60,087 nucleotides of DNA, from NCBI GenBank assembly GCA_030699685.1, contig JAUYLJ010000007.1, positions 1 through 60,087 of the forward strand, given 5' to 3'. Made by a program: the position numbers and the translations under genes. Positions 28,252 through 36,141 of this stretch are shown piece by piece. Each line of letters starts with the position of its first letter. Positions within the stretch are counted from its first letter, which is position 1. This DNA is from a bacterium. GTDB taxonomy: Bacteria; Patescibacteriota; Patescibacteriia; JAHIZJ01. The notes below the pieces were generated by a model, which ran no database searches, was not told where the DNA came from, and saw only the letters and a program-made list of their open reading frames with translations.

Positions 28252-28856
28252 AACTGTATTATTACGCCAGCCGGACGGAAAACTCCAAACTGCGCGGCCA
28301 ACAGGAAACCATACGAACTTTGCTGGAGCAATCCGGGGTGACGGTCATTAGCAACTTACAGCCCGATGACGCGGCGGCCATGACCGCTCTGGAGAGGGCA
28401 GAGGAGGCGGGACAGAACGCTCTTGAGCAGATTGACGCGCTGGTGGTTGAGGGGTCGGCTTCCGACCCGGAAGTGGGTTATTTCCTGGCCTTTGCGATTT
28501 CAACCAAGAAACCGACACTGTTTCTGATGGAAAAAGGCAGTACCGCCACGAACCCTCTCTCGTATCTAGCGGGCAAGAATGTTCCATCCCAGGTCAAAGT
28601 CAAGCGCTATTCCGAAAAAACTCTGGAAAGCGCGGTCTACGAGATGGTGGGAGATTTTGAAAGCAGTGAATTTGCCGAAACGCCGACGATCAAGTTCACT
28701 TTGCGAATCACGCCGCTGATCGAAAATTATCTTCACTGGAAGACGCACAACACAAAAATCACCAAGGCTGATTTTTTACGTAAGCTGATACTGGAGGAAG
28801 TGATTAAAAAGGACGAGGAGTTTCGGAAGTACCGGGGGAGGAAGGATGGCAGCTAG
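28248..28856 (+). CDS. Fusion protein: nucleoside 2-deoxyribosyltransferase-like N-domain plus a ribbon-helix-helix-like C-domain
   Basis: The N-terminus reads MKLYYYAS...IDALVVEGSASDPEVGYFLAFAISTKKPTLFL (NDT/Rossmann-like pattern). The C-terminus reads IKFTLRITPLIENYLHWKTHNTKITKADFLRKLILEEV (RHH-like). ATGA overlap with the upstream gene. Both domain calls rest on pattern only. Confidence 0.45.
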   Translation: MKLYYYASRTENSKLRGQQETIRTLLEQSGVTVISNLQPDDAAAMTALERAEEAGQNALEQIDALVVEGSASDPEVGYFLAFAISTKKPTLFLMEKGSTATNPLSYLAGKNVPSQVKVKRYSEKTLESAVYEMVGDFESSEFAETPTIKFTLRITPLIENYLHWKTHNTKITKADFLRKLILEEVIKKDEEFRKYRGRKDGS

Positions 28857-28983
28857 TTAGTTGATTGGTTAATTTGATTTGCCGAAGAAAGGACGGGCTT
28901 CTGTCCTAATTCTTTTTGCGCATTTTAATCTTTGCAGACATGGGGTTCGGATGAATGGAAAAAAATTCATCGGGACAATTTAT

Positions 28984-29011
28984 TTGACATGGTTATAAGG
29001 TTTGCTAAAAT
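28984..29011 (+). promoter_or_regulatory. Promoter TTGACA-16-TAAAAT upstream of ssb, giving a ~185-nt leader
   Basis: TTGACA at 28984-89 and TAAAAT at 29006-11. Confidence 0.65.
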
Positions 29012-29026
29012 AGAACTAGGAAATAG

Positions 29027-29126
29027 AGCCGTCGCACATTACAGCGCCGTCGCGGAAAATAATCAAAAAATAGAAAACGCGTTCTTCATTGAAATGTTGA
29101 ACCGCCGTCGTAGAAGAGCGCCGTCG
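29027..29126 (+). repeat. Four direct copies of GCCGTCG(C/T) in the ssb leader
   Basis: Copies at 29027-34, 29045-52, 29103-10 and 29119-26. They are bracketed by AGAGCC (29025-30) and GGCTCT (29129-34). Confidence 0.7.
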
Positions 29127-29203
29127 CTAGGCTCTGGGGATAACCTGAGAACAATTCGAACGAATTGGAATAAAGACTGGCTGGGAGAGACGAAAGGACA
29201 GAG

Positions 29204-29635
29204 ATGAACCTTAATAAAGCGTCCATCATCGGGAATCTGACAAAAGACCCGGTCAGCCGGACACTGCCGTCAGGTCAGTCGATCACCACCTTTTCAGTGG
29301 CGACGAATCATGTCTGGCGGGACAAGTCCCAGAACAAGAAGGAATCGACGGAATTCCATAACGTCGTCGCCTGGGGCAAACTCGGCGAGATCTGCGGTCA
29401 GTACTTGAAAAAAGGCGGCAAGGTCTACGTCGAAGGCCGTTTGCAGACCCGAAACTGGGAAGATTCCAAGACCAAGGTCCGCAAATCGCGCACTGAAATT
29501 GTGGCGGATGAGCTGATCATGCTCGGTCACGTCAGTTCCAAGAAAGACGAGCAGAATGACAGCATCCGACAAGAAACTCTGGCGCGCGAGGAAGTCAATG
29601 CCGAAGAGTTGCCGGTAGAAGAAAACGCGTCGTAG
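29204..29635 (+). CDS. ssb: Single-stranded DNA-binding protein
   Basis: OB-fold signature (NKASIIGNLTKDPVSRTLPSGQSITTFSVATN, TEFHNVVAWGKLGE) and an acidic C-terminal tail. Confidence 0.93.
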   Translation: MNLNKASIIGNLTKDPVSRTLPSGQSITTFSVATNHVWRDKSQNKKESTEFHNVVAWGKLGEICGQYLKKGGKVYVEGRLQTRNWEDSKTKVRKSRTEIVADELIMLGHVSSKKDEQNDSIRQETLAREEVNAEELPVEENAS

Positions 29636-29827
29636 AAGCTTCGATTCGTTCGGGGCTTCGGGCAGCCGAGGCCCCGAAAAACAAAAAATGATTTTTTACA
29701 AATCAATAGTCTGAACTTTGCTCATCTGCGCTTCAGCTGCAGTGGAAATCTACCCGTCCTCTGGTTTTCACTGGGGCAACGGAGATAGATGGGCAAAAAT
29801 CAGGCTATTGCCAATACGCATGACAAT

Positions 29828-29856
29828 GACGGGATTGTTTCCCGTCTTTTTGTTTT
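29828..29856 (+). terminator. Orphan rho-independent terminator in a 450-nt non-coding gap
   Basis: GACGGGA-ttgtt-TCCCGTC followed by TTTTTGTTTT. No ORF of 60 aa or more lies upstream of it. Confidence 0.6.
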
Positions 29857-30088
29857 CCTCCAGCCTTCCGTCCGCCTTCAGTGATTAATATCTAAAGACA
29901 TCTCCCTGCCGTCTTTACCGCGCGTTTCTTCCCGCCCAAAAAATGGGAATCGACGCAAGGGTTTCACCAGAAGGTGGGTGGAATGGTGGAGGTAAGAATC
30001 GTTTTTACCGCCGCCATACACACCTGCTCTTTCCAGGAACCATCACTGGTTCACAAACCACGGACATATCGTAAAAAGGAACTCAGTC

Positions 30089-30730
30089 ATGCGAAGGCTG
30101 ACTCTTGTCTTCGGATTTACAGCGTCGCTTTTACTTGGACCGGTATTGCTTACCGGTTGTGGAGATGACGCTACTTCACCTGAACAGAATGCCACCATTT
30201 CCGGACGTGTCCTGGACCAAGACAACCCGGTTTCTTCCGAGATCATGGTTGTATACTCGGAAGACAGGGAAGAGTACGTCCAGACTGACGCGGAAGGTTT
30301 CTTCCAGATCGACGGCACACTGCTTCCCAAGCTGATTGTTGCCGCGACTGAGGGCAAGACCGGTTTCGTCGAAGTCTTCTCGGATCAATCGGTCTATGAA
30401 ATCACGCTCGATGAAATTCCCACGTCTCCCGGTCAGCAGTCTCTCGGCGCCATGGGGTGGTACTGGTTCGGCGTTTACGACACTAACGGGGACGGGGACG
30501 TACGTTTCCGCTACCGCTACAATTTCTCGCATTTCTACTGCTCGTCCTGGCTGCCGGGCTACTGGCCTTTTCCGGATCCGAACCCGAACCATTGGGACAG
30601 CTGGGATTTGAACGACTTCCCGCCGCCGTGGAAGGGGAAGATGTTGCTGGTTCCCAGACGCCACCAATGGTGGCACCAAGCTGTCTATGGGTTCTCGATC
30701 AGTCGCGCGTTGTTCCTGATTTCTCACTGA
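30089..30730 (+). CDS. Lipoprotein with a carboxypeptidase-regulatory-like domain and a Trp/Pro-rich C-terminus
   Basis: Lipobox LLTGC after a signal peptide. ATISGRVLD...TDAEGFFQIDG is a beta-sandwich motif. Confidence 0.7.
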   Translation: MRRLTLVFGFTASLLLGPVLLTGCGDDATSPEQNATISGRVLDQDNPVSSEIMVVYSEDREEYVQTDAEGFFQIDGTLLPKLIVAATEGKTGFVEVFSDQSVYEITLDEIPTSPGQQSLGAMGWYWFGVYDTNGDGDVRFRYRYNFSHFYCSSWLPGYWPFPDPNPNHWDSWDLNDFPPPWKGKMLLVPRRHQWWHQAVYGFSISRALFLISH

Positions 30731-30746
30731 TGACCGTGGCGTGGTA

Positions 30747-30792
30747 AGATTGGGGGCGTGATACGCTCGCGCTCCCAATCTCTTTATTTTTA
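30747..30792 (+). terminator. Rho-independent terminator
   Basis: AGATTGGGGG..CTCCCAATCT stem followed by CTTTATTTTTA. Confidence 0.75.
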
Positions 30793-30804
30793 TACTTATT
30801 ACGC

Positions 30805-31161
30805 ATGTCTTTACGGAAAATAGTCATACTGCTTGCCTCGTACCTCTCTATTCTGATTCCCGGGATTTTGTTCTGGCCCGTTGTCGCGGAATACTTGTTT
30901 CGGATCACAGGCCAAGATTCATCATCGATACTCAATCCTTGGGCCGACGCGTTCATACTCGTGTTTACGTTTGTCTCGGTAATAGGTAATGTGTGGTTTT
31001 TGGTACAATTTTTTCATGGTCGAACGAGGCTGTGGATATTTCCAATTTCCACATTCATTGTGAGTGCGCTGATAGTGGGTTTGATGTTTGTAGACATGAA
31101 CAATTTTGAGGGTTCAGAGGAATATTACAATACGCCCGTGACGCGGGTAAGCCTCGATTAG
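30805..31161 (+). CDS. Small membrane protein (3-4 TM), unknown function
   Basis: 118 aa and hydrophobic throughout. Confidence 0.5.
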   Translation: MSLRKIVILLASYLSILIPGILFWPVVAEYLFRITGQDSSSILNPWADAFILVFTFVSVIGNVWFLVQFFHGRTRLWIFPISTFIVSALIVGLMFVDMNNFEGSEEYYNTPVTRVSLD

Positions 31162-31289
31162 CAAATAGAGAATTGGAGTTTATACACTCAGGATGATTCA
31201 ATTGAGCATGGAACCGGTGATTGCGGAGGCGCACCAATGAGGGTTGCCCCCCTGGATTTTTCTCACAAAGAAGATATAATTTGATTACA

Positions 31290-31883
31290 ATGAATAAAAC
31301 AATAGGTATTACCGCAGTCGCATTGATTGGCATTGCCATCATCACTTTCGTTTTTATAAATTACAAGGGTGACTCTCAGATAGAAGGAACCGAGCAAGAA
31401 TATATCCAAGGCAATGTTGCCCTGGGCTATTTTCTCCCTGATGGCTGGGAAGCGCAGACGACTGAATATTATGAAGAAGGCGACCAGGTAGGTGAGCGTG
31501 AGCCGTTTTTGAGCATTCGGAAACGAATTGACGATGATAGCGGCTTTTTTCCATACGCTTACGTTTGGTACCAATATTTCAGGAACACGGGATCATTTGA
31601 CAATTGGTATCAAGAGCATCGGGAAGAGTTAATTCGGCAATATGGGCTGCCAAAAGATGAAAAGGAAAATAGTCAGGGTACGGTTAAAAGCCTGGTCATA
31701 GACTCCGAATTCATAGTTGACCCGATGAGCAACTCGACAACAACGGTGACGTACCAGTTTACCTACTTTGACGCCGGCGCGAGTTTGTTGGAATTACGCG
31801 CCGAGGCGCCAGTGGGGCAATTTAGCGGGCTGCAAGAGGAAATTAATGCCATGGTAGAAAATTCGTATTTGCGCAATGAATAA
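31290..31883 (+). CDS. Membrane-anchored hypothetical protein
   Basis: Start set to MNKTIGITAVALIGIAIITFVFI, a signal anchor. Confidence 0.5.
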   Translation: MNKTIGITAVALIGIAIITFVFINYKGDSQIEGTEQEYIQGNVALGYFLPDGWEAQTTEYYEEGDQVGEREPFLSIRKRIDDDSGFFPYAYVWYQYFRNTGSFDNWYQEHREELIRQYGLPKDEKENSQGTVKSLVIDSEFIVDPMSNSTTTVTYQFTYFDAGASLLELRAEAPVGQFSGLQEEINAMVENSYLRNE

Positions 31884-32142
31884 CAGCGCGGTTATTCTCA
31901 CCCTTGGAATCTTCGCGCTGCTTCTGATGCCTTTTGTTTATATTGTGGCAAAGCGGCGTGAGGGTGCGCGGGCAGCCCAAATATACGTGATCAGGATTAT
32001 CATTACTTATCTCTTTTCTGTTTGGGTGATGAGTGATTTTGCTCCTGACAATCTGTTCAGCCAGGTCTTCGGGCCGATCATACTGATGATTGTTATGTAC
32101 TGGCTGACGGACCTTTGGCTGGAGCAGTCTCGAAAGAAGTAG
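31876..32142 (+). CDS. Small membrane protein
   Basis: 88 aa with 3 TM helices. It overlaps the upstream stop by 8 nt. Confidence 0.5.
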   Translation: MNNSAVILTLGIFALLLMPFVYIVAKRREGARAAQIYVIRIIITYLFSVWVMSDFAPDNLFSQVFGPIILMIVMYWLTDLWLEQSRKK

Positions 32143-32221
32143 CCGTGTTTAGAAGCTATCGGCAATTTGGTATTTGACCGCGCATGTATTATACTTACGG
32201 CGTAATTACTGATTGCGCAAA

Positions 32222-33145
32222 ATGAACACCAAACTCAAGACCGCGGTCTGGCTGGCACTGGGAACCGCCGTGATTTCCGGAACCAATAACTTCCTGACGA
32301 AATTCGCGGTGACGGTTATTCCAAACCCGACCGTTTTTACCTTTCTCAAAAATGCCATCGTTGGCCTTTTTCTTATCGGGCTCATCCTCCTTTTCGCTCG
32401 GTACAAGGAAATCCGCCAATTACAAAAGAATGACTGGCTGAAGCTGGCCGGGATCGGGATCGTGGGCGGCGGCATACCGTTTATCTTGTATTTCACGGGC
32501 TTGACCATGACCACGGCCGTCAGTGCTGCCATCATCCACAAAACGCTCTTTATCTGGGTGGCACTTTTAGCCGTACCGATACTGAAAGAGCGAGTCGGTT
32601 GGATCCAAGGCGCGGCTTTTGTATTGCTGATCGCCGGGAACTTTGTGTTAGGCGGACTGCATTCGCTGGCATTCGGGACTGGTGAGATGATGATTTTGGC
32701 CGCCACCTTGTTGTGGGCCGGAGAAAACATCCTGGCCAAGCACACGCTCAAAAATATCTCCAGTCTGACCGTAGCCGGAGCCCGGATGGTATTCGGATCA
32801 GTGATTATCTTCATCGTGGTACTGTTCCAAGGAAAAACCAGTTTGTTGACGGGATTAAACGGCGAGCAGTGGTTCTGGACGCTTCTTCCTTCGGTGCTGC
32901 TGCTGGGCTATGTGGTAACGTGGTACACGGCGCTGAAACACGCTCCGGCCACGTTGGTGGCGAGCATTCTTGTTCCGGCCACCTTCATCACCAGTTTTTT
33001 GCAGATGATTTTCATTGACCAGGCTATGAATCCGGAGACCCTTGTTACCGGCGTTTTATATGCCTTGGCGATCGCGCTTTTAGTTTGGCAATCTCTAAAG
33101 GTATCTTCCAATGCCACTGCAGACGCAGAGCGCGCTCACGCTTGA
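32222..33145 (+). CDS. EamA/DMT-family transporter
   Basis: 10 TM helices in two EamA-like halves. The ATG at 32222 is preferred to the TTG at 32213. Confidence 0.8.
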   Translation: MNTKLKTAVWLALGTAVISGTNNFLTKFAVTVIPNPTVFTFLKNAIVGLFLIGLILLFARYKEIRQLQKNDWLKLAGIGIVGGGIPFILYFTGLTMTTAVSAAIIHKTLFIWVALLAVPILKERVGWIQGAAFVLLIAGNFVLGGLHSLAFGTGEMMILAATLLWAGENILAKHTLKNISSLTVAGARMVFGSVIIFIVVLFQGKTSLLTGLNGEQWFWTLLPSVLLLGYVVTWYTALKHAPATLVASILVPATFITSFLQMIFIDQAMNPETLVTGVLYALAIALLVWQSLKVSSNATADAERAHA

Positions 33146-33872
33146 AGGTATCGCCCAATGTTCGAGGTATGCCTTTGGTCCAAACCGGCTGCATTATTGC
33201 GGACCGGACGCCAGCAGTGAAGTGGCGGCCTACATCGCCGAGAACCAAAGCGACCAGGGGCTATCAAACATCCTCCAGGGTTTTCAGACTATGTACCCTT
33301 ATTTAAAGACGATCGCCCACCAGAACGGTATTGGAGATCCTTTTGATCCGCGCGTGGTCGAAGCCTACTGGATTGGCAATGAGCTGCTCGAACCAATCGC
33401 GCCCAAAGCGTTCTACCGACATCTGGCAGAAGACCTGGATCTCAAAACCAAATATGAGCCAAAAATGTTTGATCAGTTGGTCAGCAAACTGCCACAAGGC
33501 GCCAAAATGCACCACTCATTTCATGTTTTCAATGCCTACAAACGGACCGGCCATGACGCGGTCTTCCACAACCTTGAGAGCATGGATTCTTGCCGGGTGA
33601 GCTGGGGTCAAGTGACGCGTCTTGAGGGACCGAAAATTATTATGCAGAGAAAACCCTTGGTGTTGGAAGGCCATCATTTACGGCTGGGTGATGCGGAAGA
33701 ATACGCGCTCAACCGACGTTTGGAAGAAGACGGAACTTTTGACGAAGTGAAGTCAGGCCAGTGGATCACAATGCACTGGCAGCAGCCCTGCGAAATCATT
33801 AGCGACAGACAGACACGCTGGCTGGAGCATTTCACGGTCAAGCACATCGCCCTGGCTAACCAGACTCTCTAA
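33111..33872 (+). CDS. Conserved hypothetical protein immediately upstream of the hydrogenase maturation protease
   Basis: 253 aa, abutting the next gene (stop 33872, ATG 33873). The C-terminal GQWITMHWQQP weakly recalls the HypC/HupF barrel. Confidence 0.5.
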   Translation: MPLQTQSALTLEGIAQCSRYAFGPNRLHYCGPDASSEVAAYIAENQSDQGLSNILQGFQTMYPYLKTIAHQNGIGDPFDPRVVEAYWIGNELLEPIAPKAFYRHLAEDLDLKTKYEPKMFDQLVSKLPQGAKMHHSFHVFNAYKRTGHDAVFHNLESMDSCRVSWGQVTRLEGPKIIMQRKPLVLEGHHLRLGDAEEYALNRRLEEDGTFDEVKSGQWITMHWQQPCEIISDRQTRWLEHFTVKHIALANQTL

Positions 33873-34247
33873 ATGGAAGTCTGGATATTCGGCAATCCGG
33901 ATCTGCCCGAAGACGCCTTGCCAATCACGCTCTTGCCTCGATTGCGGAAGCGCTTTCCAAAGCACTATTTCGTCTTGAAAGATCCTTTGGATGAGTGGGA
34001 GATGCCTTCACGACTGGTGATGATTGATACGGTGAAAGGGTTGAAGTCGGTGCGAGTCTTTAGCTCGCTTGATGAATTTGAAGCGACGCCGCGCGTCTCT
34101 ATGCACGACTATGATCTCAACACACAGCTGAGGTTTTTGGACAAATTGGGGAAATTACCTGAGTTTCAGATTGTCGGGGTGCCTGATCATCTGAGTCCGG
34201 ACCAAGCGCTTGAACAAGTAGCGGGGGAGTTGGAGAAAATTGCGTAA
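33873..34247 (+). CDS. Hydrogenase maturation endopeptidase-like protein (HycI/HyaD family)
   Basis: 124 aa. IFGNPDLPEDALP fits the GN.L..DD..G pattern. Asp (VMIDTV) and His (SMHDYD) occur at the spacing expected for metal ligands. Confidence 0.6.
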   Translation: MEVWIFGNPDLPEDALPITLLPRLRKRFPKHYFVLKDPLDEWEMPSRLVMIDTVKGLKSVRVFSSLDEFEATPRVSMHDYDLNTQLRFLDKLGKLPEFQIVGVPDHLSPDQALEQVAGELEKIA

Positions 34248-34301
34248 GTCGCGTGCTTCTTGGTGAATAAAGAAATTCCCACGCCGTCTCTCTAGCATGT
34301 G

Positions 34302-35423
34302 TTATGTAAGAAATACGCCATAAAGGATTCCGGCCAGCGTTGAATAGGCGATGACCAGGAATATGTAAGTGGCAGTTTTCACATTCCCAAGCACTTTTCG
34401 CACCACGAGCATATTCGGCAAGCTGAGCGACGGTCCGGCCAGTAAAAGCGCCAGCGCTGGTCCTTGGTTCATTCCTTTAGCAATTAACGCTTGAAGAATC
34501 GGAATCTCGGTCAGGGTGGAAAAGTACATAAACGCTCCAAACACTGACGCAACCAGGTTAGCGACGATTGAATTGGAGCCGACAATTCTTTCAATCAATT
34601 CCTGCGGCAAGTAGGGCATGATAAATCCGGCGATAAACACACCGATGAACAACAGCGGCAGGAGCATCTTGGTGAATGACCAGCTTTCATTGAGCCATTG
34701 CTTGCGGGTGTCCTTTTGAAGCATGGACGCGATACCTGCCACTCCCAGCGCGAGCAAAGCCATCAGACCGTATTTTATCGGCGTTGCTATTTGCAATCCA
34801 TTCACCACCAGTATGCCGACTAAGGTTCCAAAAAAGAATACTGCCTGCCATTTTGGCATAGACCGCACCTGTTCATCAGGGGTGATTAATTGTGCGCTTT
34901 CGCTTTTTTCTCTGAATATCAAGTTCATGGTAAGGCCCACCAGAATAGAAAGCCCAATGGCGGCAATCGCCCGGGCCGCGCCGATGTTCACACCCAGAAC
35001 CGAGAAGGTTAGGAATATGGCGGCGATGTTGATGGCCGGGCCGGAAAATAAAAAGGTGATAGCAGGACCAAGTCCCGCGCCGCGCTGGCGGATAGAAGCA
35101 AACATGGGGAGAATAGTGCAGGAGCATACGGCCAAAACCAATCCTGATACCGAGGCGATGCCATAGGACACGATTTTTTTCGTGCCTGAACCTAAGTATT
35201 TCAGAATCGCGCCTTGGCGCACGAATGCGGCAATGGCTCCGGCGATGAAAAAAGCCGGAACCAGACAGGTCAGTACGTGCTGGCGGGAGTATTCGTTGAG
35301 CAAGGAAAAGCCGGACAACAGCGCGTCAATAAAGCTTTCGTTTGATAAGGGCAGGAAATAGAAAACTAGGAAAAGCCCGGTGAGCAATGCGAATATCTTT
35401 GTTTCTTTTTTCATATCAATCAT
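34302..35423 (-). CDS. Permease (DUF318/ArsP-like family)
   Basis: Polytopic, 373 aa. It shows the classical association with a redox-active disulfide protein 2 gene and arsR. Confidence 0.75.
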   Translation of the reverse strand: MIDMKKETKIFALLTGLFLVFYFLPLSNESFIDALLSGFSLLNEYSRQHVLTCLVPAFFIAGAIAAFVRQGAILKYLGSGTKKIVSYGIASVSGLVLAVCSCTILPMFASIRQRGAGLGPAITFLFSGPAINIAAIFLTFSVLGVNIGAARAIAAIGLSILVGLTMNLIFREKSESAQLITPDEQVRSMPKWQAVFFFGTLVGILVVNGLQIATPIKYGLMALLALGVAGIASMLQKDTRKQWLNESWSFTKMLLPLLFIGVFIAGFIMPYLPQELIERIVGSNSIVANLVASVFGAFMYFSTLTEIPILQALIAKGMNQGPALALLLAGPSLSLPNMLVVRKVLGNVKTATYIFLVIAYSTLAGILYGVFLT

Positions 35424-35432
35424 TATTGATAT
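35413..35432. promoter_or_regulatory. ArsR-type operator palindrome, copy 2 (ATATCAAT-N4-ATTGATAT)
   Basis: Perfect 8-4-8 inverted repeat overlapping the permease start codon. Its arms are identical to the copy at 35993-36012. Confidence 0.65.
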
Positions 35433-35447
35433 TTACCACAAAAAAAT

Positions 35448-35681
35448 TTATTGCAGCCATTCTTTAATTTCCTCCACATCGGGAATCCGGCCGGAAGATT
35501 TTACCACTTCATCAATCACCAGAGCCGGCGTCGACATCACTCCATAGGCGATAATTTTGTCCATGTCGTAGACGTGTTCGACCTGCGCGTCTTCTTTTTT
35601 TAACTCTCCTATTGCTTGGCGAGCTTGGTTTTCCAGTCGCTGACAATTGGGGCAGCCGGAACCTAGTATTTTGATCATCAT
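35448..35681 (-). CDS. Thioredoxin-fold redox-active disulfide protein 2
   Basis: 77 aa, MIKILGSGCPNCQ (CxxC). Confidence 0.85.
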   Translation of the reverse strand: MMIKILGSGCPNCQRLENQARQAIGELKKEDAQVEHVYDMDKIIAYGVMSTPALVIDEVVKSSGRIPDVEEIKEWLQ

Positions 35682-35989
35682 ACGCTCATTACGTCTTTTA
35701 ATAATTTTTGAAAATTGGCAATCGCTTTTTCATCTCGGAAATAGATAACCTTCGTCCCTTCTTTTCGGTAATCAATCAGCCCTGCGTCCCGGAGCGCTTT
35801 GAGGTGGTGGGAAACGAGGTTCTGGGGCAAGCCCAGGGGTTCAAAAATATCGCACACGCAGCGTTCGCCTTGCTTCAGTAGACAGAGGATTTTCAGCCGG
35901 TTTGGCTCGTTTAACGCCCGAAGATAGCCGGAAACTTGCCCGACGCCTTTACCCTTTTTCGTATGAATGTTACAGCAGTCCTGTTGCAT
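35678..35989 (-). CDS. arsR: ArsR/SmtB-family transcriptional regulator
   Basis: LNEPNRLKILCLLKQGERCVCDI...QNLVSHHLKALRDAGL, a winged helix-turn-helix with the CVC metal site. Confidence 0.88.
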   Translation of the reverse strand: MQQDCCNIHTKKGKGVGQVSGYLRALNEPNRLKILCLLKQGERCVCDIFEPLGLPQNLVSHHLKALRDAGLIDYRKEGTKVIYFRDEKAIANFQKLLKDVMSV

Positions 35990-35992
35990 AAT

Positions 35993-36012
35993 ATATCAAT
36001 TTATATTGATAT
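35993..36012. promoter_or_regulatory. ArsR-type operator palindrome, copy 1 (ATATCAAT-N4-ATTGATAT)
   Basis: Perfect 8-4-8 inverted repeat between the -10 box and the arsR start codon. Confidence 0.7.
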
Positions 36013-36039
36013 TATAGCGGTTCAAAAAACGGCGTCAAG
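36011..36039 (-). promoter_or_regulatory. arsR promoter TTGACG-17-TATAAT (minus strand)
   Basis: Plus strand has cgtcaa at 36034-39 and attata at 36011-16. Confidence 0.7.
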
Positions 36040-36085
36040 CTCGGACCGGTAGTTAACTACTCAGGGACCACCATCCGTATATAGA

Positions 36086-36137
36086 GCTAAACGAGCCTAG
36101 CTAAGTGCTATCGGGGGCACGTCAACTGATGTTTAGC
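36086..36137 (-). repeat. 52-nt imperfect palindrome with GCTAAAC...GTTTAGC ends, 4 nt after the TauE stop (attC-like candidate)
   Basis: The terminal 7-mers are perfect complements. There is an inner GTGC/GCAC stem and no U-tract. Confidence 0.5.
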
Positions 36138-36141
36138 AGCC

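Noticed and set aside
29649-29678. Hairpin TTCGGGGC..GCCCCGAA after ssb as a canonical intrinsic terminator
   Set aside because: The stem is good, but it is followed by an A-run rather than a U-tract on the ssb strand. It is kept only as a possible weak or bidirectional terminator and is not listed as a feature.
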